64,000 bases of DNA from a virus (Duplodnaviria > Caudoviricetes): IMG/VR virus record IMGVR_UViG_3300037541_000451, positions 1 through 64,000 of that record. One strand, written 5' to 3'. The translations under genes and the position numbers were made by a program. Shown in pieces: positions 48,203 through 57,492 of the stretch (position 1 is the stretch's first letter; each line of letters begins with the position of its first letter). The notes under the pieces are model-generated. The model worked only from the letters and a program-made list of their open reading frames with translations. It ran no database searches and was not told the origin of the DNA.

Positions 48203-48513
48203 TCTTGATCCTTTGATCTTAGCTCATTGATTTTACCGATACCTAAGAAACAAGATACCTTACCATTTGTTGCAATTATGAGCCAATCTTCATTTTTCTT
48301 TCTATATAATACAAAAGCTAGCTTATTAGATTCTATTAGGCCAATCCATTGTGCGTTTAATTTGTTTTTAACAGCAAAGTCTTCTACATCGACTGCACTT
48401 TCACAGAGGATAGGTAAGGATTGCTGACTGGGTTGTGCTATTACACCACGAGAGAGGGTGAGTATAGCGGACACTACGAGAAACTTTACACAAAAGCGAG
48501 TAAATGACTTCAT
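48199..48513 (-). CDS. exported hypothetical protein
   Basis: N-terminal signal-like segment. Confidence 0.6.
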   Translation of the reverse strand: MKSFTRFCVKFLVVSAILTLSRGVIAQPSQQSLPILCESAVDVEDFAVKNKLNAQWIGLIESNKLAFVLYRKKNEDWLIIATNGKVSCFLGIGKINELRSKDQE

Positions 48514-48614
48514 GATTCACCGTCCCTTTCCTGGTTTTTCGGATCCGTTAGACTAACCACAGAAAAATCATCATCTTACTGAAATTCCCGCCTAAGACGT
48601 CTTTATGATGTCAT

Positions 48615-48806
48615 TAAGAATATATAAGACAGAATATCATATTTAAAATTTATAAGAACGTTTAAGACAGAATCATCAGATAAAACATCTTGTTAGTTAG
48701 TTTATTTTTAATAAATTATAAATCAACTACAAACTAAATAAGTTATTTAAATTAATGAAAACTAACAACAAAACATATAATGTCTTTAAGAACGTTTAAG
48801 ACAGAA
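48615..48806. repeat. three direct repeats TAAGAA-N4-TAAGACAGAA in an AT-rich spacer
   Basis: Copies at 48615-48634, 48653-48672 and 48787-48806. Confidence 0.7.
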
Positions 48807-48848
48807 CTTTCAGATTATTTTCCTGTTACCCTAACAGGGTACATCTTT

Positions 48849-48867
48849 GGGTTAATTTAACGGGTTT
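48849..48867 (-). promoter_or_regulatory. 19-bp boundary motif, copy 3 of 4
   Basis: AAACCCGTTAAATTAACCC. Confidence 0.55.
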
Positions 48868-48890
48868 CTCTAAACGTTTATATATAATAT

Positions 48891-49195
<305 letters not shown>

Positions 49196-49202
49196 TTTAA
49201 TT

Positions 49203-49520
49203 TTATTTTTTCGATAAGAAAGAGAAGAGATTAGCCAAGCTTAATTTAACTTTAGGCTGATCTGGTGCATCAGAAACAGAACATTCCTGATAATAGTAAG
49301 CAATGTTTCCAAAATCTGGACAGTTCAAAAACTGCTCATTTATCTTATCAATATATTTCTTAGCTTCTTTTTCGCTTAAGAAACAAACTCCAAGAGGATG
49401 TCCTTGATAATAAGGATCTGCACAAGGTTTACAAGCTACATACACTTTCATCAGAATCTCCTTCGTCTTCTGGATGACGTGTTGAAGGACCGTTGTAAAA
49501 TGGATTCTTAATCCATACAT
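49203..49520 (-). CDS. hypothetical protein (true start probably near 49451)
   Basis: ORF track; MKVYVACKPC... Confidence 0.5.
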   Translation of the reverse strand: MYGLRIHFTTVLQHVIQKTKEILMKVYVACKPCADPYYQGHPLGVCFLSEKEAKKYIDKINEQFLNCPDFGNIAYYYQECSVSDAPDQPKVKLSLANLFSFLSKK

Positions 49521-49617
49521 CCCGTGGATCTAGAATCCAAGCACGATCTGGATTTTCTCTACCGACATTCCTTGCATACTCATACATCGCATCACTGTCT
49601 GTGGCTAGCATAATCAC
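49429..49617 (-). CDS. small conserved phage protein
   Basis: DRAWILDPRDVWIKNPFYNGP...HPED. Confidence 0.7.
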   Translation of the reverse strand: MIMLATDSDAMYEYARNVGRENPDRAWILDPRDVWIKNPFYNGPSTRHPEDEGDSDESVCSL

Positions 49618-50246
49618 CTTTTTGACACTTGAATATGATCCTTAAGAGAATCCCATTCTTTGTGTTTATATGACTTGTCAAACTTTACAGCTGTCTCGTG
49701 TGTAAGACTAGCTCTTGCTTTAGTCATATAGAACTGCAAGATAGGGTATGGATTAAATTTAATCCTTTTGAAATCACCGTTTATATTGAGTTTGAAAATC
49801 AACCTACAACTAGCGTCTACCGGTAATGCAAATTTTTCTTCATTTGGTGAGAATGAAGCTGTTTGAAGAAACACTGAATTCGTAGAGCTATAATGCATAT
49901 TAGCATATAGTAGCGAGCCCTGGAATGCAGCTTGAATTGCTGAATTATGCTCAAACCACTCTGGCAATTCACCTTCAAACCATTTATGTTCGATAAAAGT
50001 AAATCGAGTACCTACTTTTCTTACTTCATCGAAGCTATAATAAAATTTGCCGTATGGACGGCAAAATACGTCCTGCATTTCTACATACCTAGATTTAGTA
50101 TGTAGTGCTGCGAACTCATTACCTTTAATCTGATTTTCTGTTCCAGAACCTTTATTAAAGGTTTTACGTTTAACTGCTTGAGCTCTCAAATATTTAATTT
50201 GAGTAGCACTACGCTTAACTAATTCGGATGCGCTAAAAGTAATCAT
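49614..50246 (-). CDS. PD-(D/E)xK nuclease-like protein
   Basis: SFDEV...FIEHK motif. Confidence 0.4.
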   Translation of the reverse strand: MITFSASELVKRSATQIKYLRAQAVKRKTFNKGSGTENQIKGNEFAALHTKSRYVEMQDVFCRPYGKFYYSFDEVRKVGTRFTFIEHKWFEGELPEWFEHNSAIQAAFQGSLLYANMHYSSTNSVFLQTASFSPNEEKFALPVDASCRLIFKLNINGDFKRIKFNPYPILQFYMTKARASLTHETAVKFDKSYKHKEWDSLKDHIQVSKR

Positions 50247-50473
50247 TTACTTCTAAGAATGTGAATTAAAGTATAATTAATTTCGCAAAGAGCATCTGAA
50301 ACATTTTTATTAGATTTTGATGCTTCTCTTAAACAGTCTTCAACTACTGAAAAATGACTAATGGCTGCATCTGTTTGTTGTTGATAAGCAGGTTTCTTAT
50401 TACGTGCTCTATACTTCATTGTATAAAGTTTCTGAAGGGCTACTTCTTTAGAAAGATGGGTTTTCATATTCAT
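50243..50473 (-). CDS. hypothetical protein
   Basis: ORF track; overlap-coupled. Confidence 0.55.
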   Translation of the reverse strand: MNMKTHLSKEVALQKLYTMKYRARNKKPAYQQQTDAAISHFSVVEDCLREASKSNKNVSDALCEINYTLIHILRSK

Positions 50474-50957
50474 AAAATGAAAGCTTATCGACGCCTAAAC
50501 CACAAGTTGTCTCAATCTCATTTGCAATCAAAACTGCCTTTTCAGCATCAGCGCCCATTGCCATAGCACCATATGCAATATCTCGACCACTTCCAATTGC
50601 AAACTTAACTGCTTCAGTCAGTTTAGATGGAACAGGGCCACCTTCAAAGAGATAAATCTCTTCGCTTTTATGTGGAAATTCTCCTTCAACAATGACTAAA
50701 AGAAGAGGGTCTGCTTTGTTTTCACGTGCTTTTTCAGGGAAGGTGCTTGGAGTAGAATCTTCATTTAACCATTTTACTAATTCTAAAGCAAGTGGAAGAG
50801 TGCCTGCATATCCATAAAAATATTTCCTACTTCGAAAAATATGATTAGATTTATCAGAATATCCTATTCCAATTTTAGTTACTGGGGCCTTAATGCCGTT
50901 ATTTACACAAAGTTTATCTGCTGCTAGTGTTTTACCATCCCAGACAATAACAGTCAT
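50448..50957 (-). CDS. Ntn-hydrolase, proteasome-beta/HslV-like
   Basis: N-terminal MTVI..DG..LAAD and AIGSG motif. Confidence 0.6.
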   Translation of the reverse strand: MTVIVWDGKTLAADKLCVNNGIKAPVTKIGIGYSDKSNHIFRSRKYFYGYAGTLPLALELVKWLNEDSTPSTFPEKARENKADPLLLVIVEGEFPHKSEEIYLFEGGPVPSKLTEAVKFAIGSGRDIAYGAMAMGADAEKAVLIANEIETTCGLGVDKLSFYEYENPSF

Positions 50958-51157
50958 TGGCCTGATCCCTTTTCCACTTTATTGAGTTCAAATATTTCCG
51001 TGCTAATTTCCGGCAACTCGTACCACTTCTTAGAACCATAGAACTCATTAATATGCATATTCCTTGCTAACTGTCTTGCTATTGCAACATTATTAGCCTC
51101 GACAGTGTATTCACCACATTTTTTGTGAGCATCAAAAGTTTCGACGAGATACCTCAT
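50954..51157 (-). CDS. hypothetical protein
   Basis: ORF track; ATGA overlaps. Confidence 0.6.
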   Translation of the reverse strand: MRYLVETFDAHKKCGEYTVEANNVAIARQLARNMHINEFYGSKKWYELPEISTEIFELNKVEKGSGQ

Positions 51158-51429
51158 TTTATCTCCTCAATAAATTCTACATCACCAGACGCAATCCAAT
51201 GAATGTCTAAAATTACAGATTTTATAGAATTAGTAGAAATTAAAGCCCATTCACCTGGATATGGATCTTCTTCACTCATAAGCCATGATGGTACTACTTC
51301 TAGCACTGTTCCATCAAGTTCTTTTACGCCGGGTTTTAGAATTTTATACTCAAGCTTAAGTCTTGGTTTAAACCTTACTCTAACTTTTTTGAGATGATAT
51401 TGATACCAATCCATTGTTAGCCTTTCCAA
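51154..51429 (-). CDS. hypothetical protein
   Basis: ORF track; ATGA overlap. Confidence 0.6.
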   Translation of the reverse strand: MERLTMDWYQYHLKKVRVRFKPRLKLEYKILKPGVKELDGTVLEVVPSWLMSEEDPYPGEWALISTNSIKSVILDIHWIASGDVEFIEEIK

Positions 51430-51514
51430 AATATATTAGGATTAAAAATAACAGCAATAAATGCGATTACTAGGATTGTAAAAAGACCTGCTAGATACGA
51501 CAAAACAATGCAAG

Positions 51515-52339
51515 TCATCGAATTACCTCAATATTGGAGTAACTTCTAGGCTTAATGCCATGATATTTATAGCTACCCGACTCTGCTCCATAACGTTGAA
51601 AAGTTTCTACAGGATTCTCTTGATACTTAAGCGGAATACTATGTCCTAATATACCACCTTTCCAAGAACCTTTTTCGTATCCTGTTTCCTTGTCGTAGTC
51701 AACATATAAACGACAAATTCTAATAGGTTTGGTAAAGTACTTTAACCACCTGCACCAACTGACACCACGATGATACTTAGTCATCGTGATATAGCAAGTT
51801 GCAATTATTTTTTCACTATCGAAATCATCAAATTTAATATGAAACTTTGGTACATATTTTCGTATTAGCTCCATAGAGTCAAAATCTAAAGCTCCTTTTT
51901 GATTTAGAGGCTCTACAGTCCAATATTCGAACCATTCTGGTGTGAAATATGTTTCACCCATGAAAGTGTTATTAGACCATGGTATATAAAATACTTTAGT
52001 ATGATCGGAATTCTTTTTATCCTTAGAACTCCATGAACCCGGTTGGATACCGTAATGAAGATGTAAGTGACCTTCACTGACAGTAAATCCATACTCACGA
52101 GCGATATAATCCCAATATCCACCTTTGGGATTTGTAGACCATACTTCTTTACTCGTATCAACCCATTTCTTTACTGGTTTAATAATCGGTGGAATTTGCC
52201 ACCACCAAGAACGTTTTCCAAATTGGATATTCAATAAACAATAGTTGGTTCTTGAGTCTTCATCTTCCCATGGAGTCCTTACGTTAAAAGCGTAAGTCTT
52301 ATATGATTTTTCTTTATGATATTCTCTAAGCTTGAACAT
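51515..52339 (-). CDS. hypothetical protein (Trp/Tyr-rich)
   Basis: 274-aa ORF. Confidence 0.75.
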   Translation of the reverse strand: MFKLREYHKEKSYKTYAFNVRTPWEDEDSRTNYCLLNIQFGKRSWWWQIPPIIKPVKKWVDTSKEVWSTNPKGGYWDYIAREYGFTVSEGHLHLHYGIQPGSWSSKDKKNSDHTKVFYIPWSNNTFMGETYFTPEWFEYWTVEPLNQKGALDFDSMELIRKYVPKFHIKFDDFDSEKIIATCYITMTKYHRGVSWCRWLKYFTKPIRICRLYVDYDKETGYEKGSWKGGILGHSIPLKYQENPVETFQRYGAESGSYKYHGIKPRSYSNIEVIR

Positions 52340-52688
52340 CTAGTAGCTCCGCAATTTGAATATTCCAAATACATATGTTTAAATAGTCTCTATAGTCTCT
52401 GAAGATATCTTTGTTTTCCATATAATATTTGTCTCGAAGAATTTCTAGCTCTGACCTAGCTGTAGCTGCATCAGTTGTAACTACTTTCTTAATTACGTCA
52501 TTTAAGCAAATAACATATGCTTGTGGTTTTGGTCTTTGTAATTCTTTTAGAATTCGCCTGCATTCAATAACGGCTTTGATTTGAGCGTCATAGACAGCTT
52601 CAGGCGAACCGTGTCTGGTTGCAGTCGCTGTTAATACATCTTCCATTTGCTTAGCAAATTTTTCAACGAATTCAGCGTCAATATTCAT
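52326..52688 (-). CDS. hypothetical protein, paralog of 54889-55233
   Basis: Shared (V/L)ICxND...A...L...Y..Y...W.I C-terminal domain. Confidence 0.65.
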   Translation of the reverse strand: MNIDAEFVEKFAKQMEDVLTATATRHGSPEAVYDAQIKAVIECRRILKELQRPKPQAYVICLNDVIKKVVTTDAATARSELEILRDKYYMENKDIFRDYRDYLNICIWNIQIAELLDVQA

Positions 52689-52690
52689 GA

Positions 52691-53002
52691 TTAACCTTTA
52701 ACTTTTGAGTTTAGCAATAAACCTTTATAATGATCTCTTTCTTCAGATAAAGATACCACTTCTTGTTTAAGTTGTTCAAGTTCGTCTTCTTTTGATTCTA
52801 CATTCTCAAATTTGAGAATATGATCTGCAATATCTGCTGCACTTGTATACATTCCTTTGCGTTCAGATACAACAGCGAGAGCTGCCGCACTGATTAAAAG
52901 CTCTCGAATTGACACGGAGTGCGTCAATGCTTGTTTGAGATTTTTGATAAGATTAGGATGTACTACGAATGTTTTCATATTATGTGAACATTTGTTTTTC
53001 AA
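52691..53002 (-). CDS. hypothetical protein
   Basis: ORF track. Confidence 0.6.
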   Translation of the reverse strand: MKNKCSHNMKTFVVHPNLIKNLKQALTHSVSIRELLISAAALAVVSERKGMYTSAADIADHILKFENVESKEDELEQLKQEVVSLSEERDHYKGLLLNSKVKG

Positions 53003-53327
53003 GTTCTTCTAGCAAATCGCTAGCCTTTTTAAAATCTCGTTGATAAATCGCTTCCCAGAGTTTATGTATAATAGGTCTGAATTCACCAAATACTTCGTAA
53101 ATTATACTTTGCCTTAACTTTTCAGTAGCATGTTCTAATTGTTCTGGATTTTCTTCTGTCGCAATAAATGAATTTTGAATTTTAAGACCTAAAAGATACC
53201 TGATAGCACTTGGTTGAAAACTTTTAGTAACCTCAGTTGCTTCTAAGCTTGTAACAATACAAGAGTCATTTTCACAAAAACGTTCATTGATTTCAACTCT
53301 CCGCAAATTTCGACTTATTTTAGACAT
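52980..53327 (-). CDS. hypothetical protein
   Basis: ORF track. Confidence 0.65.
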   Translation of the reverse strand: MSKISRNLRRVEINERFCENDSCIVTSLEATEVTKSFQPSAIRYLLGLKIQNSFIATEENPEQLEHATEKLRQSIIYEVFGEFRPIIHKLWEAIYQRDFKKASDLLEELEKQMFT

Positions 53328-53571
53328 TTGTATTTTCCTTTAAACTATTTTCCTTTGGACTATTTTCTTCTAGACTATTTTCCTTTAAGCTATTTTCAAA
53401 CCATTCACGTAAATTAGAATTCAATGTAGCAATGTTATCTTCAGAGAATTCTTGTTTACAATTGTCATAAATCATTTTATACAAATTAGTAATTCGTTTA
53501 GGATGGTCAAACCCTTGACGAACCTCGCGTTGTATAATCTTGTTTAGAAACCACTTTTCAAACTTATTCAT
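53320..53571 (-). CDS. hypothetical protein with ENSLK repeat tail
   Basis: ORF track. Confidence 0.65.
   Translation of the reverse strand: MNKFEKWFLNKIIQREVRQGFDHPKRITNLYKMIYDNCKQEFSEDNIATLNSNLREWFENSLKENSLEENSPKENSLKENTNV
53331..53397. repeat. 15-bp tandem repeat, about 4.5 copies
   Basis: TATTTTCCTTTAAAC and variants. Confidence 0.85.
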
Positions 53572-54037
53572 TGGTTATTCCGAAATGCTTTTTAATTAAT
53601 TCTCTTGCTTGATTAAGTCCGCCAAGATTAGAGGTAACTCCTTCACTAAATTGTAGTTCACAATCAGCATCGATAACTTTAATAGCATCTTCTATGATTA
53701 ATTTAGCAAACGTGTTTGCAAATCTTTTGCTGACAAAATTAAGACCACTTCTATAAACACCACTATGCATCATTGAATTTTTAAGAGCTTCTTCAGCAAG
53801 CTCTTTAATTCGATCCGATTGTTCATCAAGGACCTCCACTCGATCTAACATATAATGTCGTTGCCTGCTGATATTACCATTATTCCACTCAATGTGAACA
53901 AAATAACCATCAATATCATCTTCTATATAGCGGGTGTCTCTATATGCTTCAGTCACTATGCCTTTGGCACCTGTACTACAGCTAATTACCTGCAAGCCTA
54001 TTACCTTATCGTGCGGAACATCTGAAAGTTTGGTCAT
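53564..54037 (-). CDS. two-domain hypothetical protein with a C-terminal RIKELAE...HFG domain
   Basis: ORF track. Confidence 0.7.
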   Translation of the reverse strand: MTKLSDVPHDKVIGLQVISCSTGAKGIVTEAYRDTRYIEDDIDGYFVHIEWNNGNISRQRHYMLDRVEVLDEQSDRIKELAEEALKNSMMHSGVYRSGLNFVSKRFANTFAKLIIEDAIKVIDADCELQFSEGVTSNLGGLNQARELIKKHFGITNE

Positions 54038-54286
54038 TCTTCAACTCCAAAATGTGTCTTAATCTGTTTAGCACATGCATCAATCGCACTATTGTGTGCG
54101 CTGGCATGAGTGCCCACCATACCTATAATGTTTAGGTAACACATTAGCACATTCCCTCACAACCAGTTCCACAAGCTTTGCCTGAAAAATTTCATCGTGA
54201 ACCCATGTATGCCAATCTTTTTCGGAAACTTCTTTATCAGCCTCTTCCCAAGCCTTGCCAACAAGTTCTGCCATTCGTTCGTTCAT
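54034..54286 (-). pseudogene. RIKELAE...HFGV family protein with a 1-nt insertion
   Basis: MNERMAELVG...VRECANV, then in the +1 frame ...IKTHFGVEE ending in an ATGA overlap; 253 nt = 84 codons + 1. Confidence 0.55.
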
Positions 54287-54287
54287 T

Positions 54288-54515
54288 TCAGACTCCGAAA
54301 TGTTTTTCAATATGCTCTGCCACTCTGTCAAGATAATATCCCTTACCTTTCAAGTCACCAACATCGGCATCATGAATTTCATTGATACATTCCTTGACAA
54401 TCAACTCTGCGAACTTTGCTGATTGTCTAGTGGGCATATCACATCCACAACCGCACATTTCTAATCCAGCCTCTACGGCAAGTTGTTTAATTCGTTTTGC
54501 TAGTTTGTTATTCAT
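54288..54515 (-). CDS. RIKELAE...HFGV family protein
   Basis: KRIKQLAVEAG...KFAELIVKEC...IEKHFGV. Confidence 0.7.
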   Translation of the reverse strand: MNNKLAKRIKQLAVEAGLEMCGCGCDMPTRQSAKFAELIVKECINEIHDADVGDLKGKGYYLDRVAEHIEKHFGV

Positions 54516-54534
54516 CTTAAAAACCTTTTAAAGA

Positions 54535-54611
54535 TGGTCTGCCCAAAGGGACTCGAACCCCTAACCTACTCCTTAGAAGGGAGTTGCTCTATCCAATTGA
54601 GCTATGGGCAG
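54535..54611 (-). tRNA. tRNA-Arg(TCT)
   Basis: Full cloverleaf; anticodon stem ACTCC/GGAGT, loop CTTCTAA; encoded CCA. Confidence 0.92.
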
Positions 54612-54626
54612 ATATATTAATTTTTA

Positions 54627-54896
54627 TTAAATTTCACGAGTATCTTTAGTTCTTGCTTTAATAAATTTTAAAATATCACCTCGATGTACTTTTCCTAAAT
54701 ACTGAAACTTTTTTCTACTAGGCCAGTAATCAAGACGTCTTTCATTAAGCATTCGCGACCAATGATACTCGGTATGTTTTGTCCATTTACCATCATCGTC
54801 TTGAATAGCTTGTTCTAAGAATTTCTTTCTATCGGCATCGAACTTTTCCTTGGAGTGTTCTTTCAAGATATCCCAAATAGGATCTTTATCATTCAT
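54627..54896 (-). CDS. hypothetical protein
   Basis: RLDYWPSRKKF pattern. Confidence 0.7.
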   Translation of the reverse strand: MNDKDPIWDILKEHSKEKFDADRKKFLEQAIQDDDGKWTKHTEYHWSRMLNERRLDYWPSRKKFQYLGKVHRGDILKFIKARTKDTREI

Positions 54897-55233
54897 GTAC
54901 AGAAACCTCTCGAATATGCCAATTAATTATACTCCAGTAGGATTCTAAAGATTGATACATTCCACTATATTGCTTACAATGTTCTTGGCTTAATGTTATC
55001 AAAATTTCCTGAGCATCTTCTTTACTTGTAAGAACAGCTGTCTTGACAAGATCATTAGTACAAATTAAGTATACTGTTTTAGTTTTATTCTGAGATGAAA
55101 AATTTTCAACCTTTCTTTCTAGATTGCGAACGCGATGTTCAAGCTTGTTAAAAACAGATAAAGGAACTTTTTGTTCCATAGACTGCACATGCTCAATATA
55201 TTCTTTAGTAGGAACTAAGCGAGTCATTACCAT
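54889..55233 (-). CDS. hypothetical protein, paralog of 52326-52688
   Basis: See the paralog entry. Confidence 0.65.
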   Translation of the reverse strand: MVMTRLVPTKEYIEHVQSMEQKVPLSVFNKLEHRVRNLERKVENFSSQNKTKTVYLICTNDLVKTAVLTSKEDAQEILITLSQEHCKQYSGMYQSLESYWSIINWHIREVSVHE

Positions 55234-55502
55234 TTCACCTTATCAGCCCAATATGCTGCACTCATTTTGCCCTTAGCAATGTTCTCAGCGTGGCGAGCTT
55301 TAAAAGATTCTCTACGAGCTTTGTAAGCTTCTGATTCACCTTCTTTAGGCGGTGAGCCTTTCACACCTTGAGCACCAAATCTGATAAGCTTTACTGCTTC
55401 ACCTTCCTTGGCTAATACAGCATGGCTTTTTGTTGGATGATCTGGAGTTCTTTTAGGATCGTTATAACCCTCAAAAGTTTCTCCTCGATATGTGATACTC
55501 AT
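55227..55502 (-). CDS. conserved phage protein (DUF6321-like)
   Basis: KLIRFGAQG...RRESFKARH...SAAYWADKVKW. Confidence 0.75.
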   Translation of the reverse strand: MSITYRGETFEGYNDPKRTPDHPTKSHAVLAKEGEAVKLIRFGAQGVKGSPPKEGESEAYKARRESFKARHAENIAKGKMSAAYWADKVKW

Positions 55503-55804
55503 AAAAACTCCTCACACTCAATTACTTTAATACCTGCTTCTTTGATTGCTAACAAACAAATACTGCAAGGTTTCATCAACTTTAATTCAGTACGATTTTG
55601 TTTTTCAATTCTAATCTTATGAATAGGTTTACCTTTTGCACGAATTATCGCCAATATCTCTGCATGAAGATATATACGATAGTCTTGGTCTGTTTTAGAC
55701 GCATGCCTTGCTTGAATAGGATGCGTTTTAGTGTATGAATTCTTAGCAATAGAAATCACTCTACCACGCTTATCGTAAGTAGTAGCTCTTATATCAGACT
55801 TCAT
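55499..55804 (-). CDS. zinc-dependent cytidine/dCMP deaminase-fold protein
   Basis: HAE...PCxxC. Confidence 0.8.
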   Translation of the reverse strand: MKSDIRATTYDKRGRVISIAKNSYTKTHPIQARHASKTDQDYRIYLHAEILAIIRAKGKPIHKIRIEKQNRTELKLMKPCSICLLAIKEAGIKVIECEEFL

Positions 55805-56312
55805 TGGCTTGGTCTTTAGCGAGCTTATAAAGTTTGTTAAATCGATTTGACAGGACTCTGATATTAGTCAAAGCAACCTTTGAATTTTCTGTATCATAAA
55901 AAGCCCAACGACCTGTTTCTAATTCGAATTCAACAGGAATTGCATTTGGTGATTTGTAATAAAAGAATTTAATTCGAAAGGTTTTGGCAAGTGTGTGATC
56001 TACAGAAATAGGGATAGAATTTACAATATCTTGAAATTCCAAAACTGTTATCAGCTTAGAATTCCATACCACTTCATTCTTTGAATCTAGAATTTCGAAA
56101 CAAACACGCAGTCTATCTTTAAAAAGTTCTTGAACTGTAGATTCTTCCGGCTTCCGTAAATTTACAATAGTCAGTTCACCCGTATTCATATCTACAGCGA
56201 ACGATCGGCCAGATGTAATTACATCGTGAACCATATCACTTTGAAATAGTTTCTTTACGGGCTTTACAATCATGAAAACACGATTGTTAATAGTCACAAA
56301 CTTTCGTTCCAT
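55794..56312 (-). CDS. hypothetical protein
   Basis: ORF track. Confidence 0.65.
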   Translation of the reverse strand: MERKFVTINNRVFMIVKPVKKLFQSDMVHDVITSGRSFAVDMNTGELTIVNLRKPEESTVQELFKDRLRVCFEILDSKNEVVWNSKLITVLEFQDIVNSIPISVDHTLAKTFRIKFFYYKSPNAIPVEFELETGRWAFYDTENSKVALTNIRVLSNRFNKLYKLAKDQANEV

Positions 56313-56347
56313 TTTAAGCTTTCTAAGATAAAATTATTTGCGTTTAA

Positions 56348-56473
56348 AACCGTACATATAAGTCAGCTGCCTTGTACTGTTTTGATAAGTCTTGTTGGCC
56401 AGACGACTTATCCTCAATCACGACTTGGTCCTTCGTCGCGAGCTTACAAAGCAGCTGAATTATATGTACGGTT
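56348..56473 (-). ncRNA. candidate three-way-junction RNA
   Basis: 29-nt inverted repeat enclosing two hairpins, 7 nt downstream of tRNA-Leu. Confidence 0.5.
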
Positions 56474-56480
56474 AAATAAA

Positions 56481-56569
56481 TGGTGCCCGGAGCGGGGATC
56501 GAACCCGCACGACGTTTTATTGCCGACGGATTTTAAGTCCGTTGTGTCTACCGATTTCACCATCCGGGC
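56481..56569 (-). tRNA. tRNA-Leu(TAA)
   Basis: Class II cloverleaf with long variable arm; anticodon loop CTTAAAA; CCA. Confidence 0.93.
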
Positions 56570-56577
56570 TAAGTTAA

Positions 56578-56949
56578 TTAATCGTTAATGATATATTCTT
56601 GAAATTCTTCTGGAATTATTACATTTGAAGGTGATCCTGCAAACATCGGACCAATTTGATCCGGAGTAAAACCAGCTAAACCACAGCCAATGGGAGTTAG
56701 TTTAAATTTGAGATGACTTCTTGACTTAGCAAATTCTTTGAATTTTTCAACATGTTGCGCAATTTCGTCTAACGTTAAACTTTTATACGGCGTTGATTTC
56801 GTAGGAATAGCATAAGAAGCACCTTGAAGTCCTTCTCCAACGCCTAACTTAGCTCCATATCTTTCCAAAGCTGTTTTAGCTGATCCAGCTCCGTGAATAC
56901 CTTGACGATTACTTCCAAATACAAAAATCGTATCGGTAAGTTTTTTCAT
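56578..56949 (-). CDS. FVFGSN-family protein (possibly macro-domain-like)
   Basis: FVFGSNRQGIHGAG...SYAIPTK...TPIGCGLAG; fold assignment from memory, uncertain. Confidence 0.55.
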   Translation of the reverse strand: MKKLTDTIFVFGSNRQGIHGAGSAKTALERYGAKLGVGEGLQGASYAIPTKSTPYKSLTLDEIAQHVEKFKEFAKSRSHLKFKLTPIGCGLAGFTPDQIGPMFAGSPSNVIIPEEFQEYIIND

Positions 56950-57120
56950 TTAGGTTGTAGCTAGCTCCAACTCGAGTTTGTCAAGTGTTTCCTTAAGCTC
57001 TTCTCGCGATTTTAAGAAAAGGTCGTAATTATGCCCCTTGAAATCAGTTGCAGCGACAGCCATTGCATCAGCTAATTCTAGGATATGTTGTTTTTCTTGT
57101 TTTAGTTGACCTGAATCCAT
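56950..57120 (-). CDS. small hypothetical protein (56 aa)
   Basis: SD AAAGGA; MDSGQLKQEKQHILELADAMAV... Confidence 0.6.
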   Translation of the reverse strand: MDSGQLKQEKQHILELADAMAVAATDFKGHNYDLFLKSREELKETLDKLELELATT

Positions 57121-57187
57121 ATTATCTTCCTTTATAGCTGAGATATATCAGCCACGCGTGCTACCCATTCAGCTTATAAAGGTAAAT

Positions 57188-57379
57188 TCAGTAGTCTACT
57201 TGAAAATCATCCATATCATCTTTTAGACAACTGTTACAAATACTATACTTATTTGTAATAGGGAGTTTAGCACCACAGACACAAATCATATTTAATTGTC
57301 TGCCGGTCTCTGAATCGTAGTCTGGGCAACAGCCCAACTCGTGTCCGCAACAAGGAAAATCTTCACATCTAGCGGCCAT
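57188..57379 (-). CDS. small Cys-rich (Zn-binding) protein
   Basis: CEDFPCCGH, CC, CxC, CxxC. Confidence 0.65.
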   Translation of the reverse strand: MAARCEDFPCCGHELGCCPDYDSETGRQLNMICVCGAKLPITNKYSICNSCLKDDMDDFQVDY

Positions 57380-57416
57380 AAGTGTCCTTAAATAAATTGT
57401 TTAAAAATCTATCATA

Positions 57417-57492
57417 TGGCTCCACGACCTGGATTCGAACCAGGGACCAACAAATTAACAGTCTGCTGCTCTACCGACTGAGCTATCGTGGA
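57417..57492 (-). tRNA. tRNA-Asn(GTT)
   Basis: Cloverleaf; anticodon loop CTGTTAA; CCA. Confidence 0.92.
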
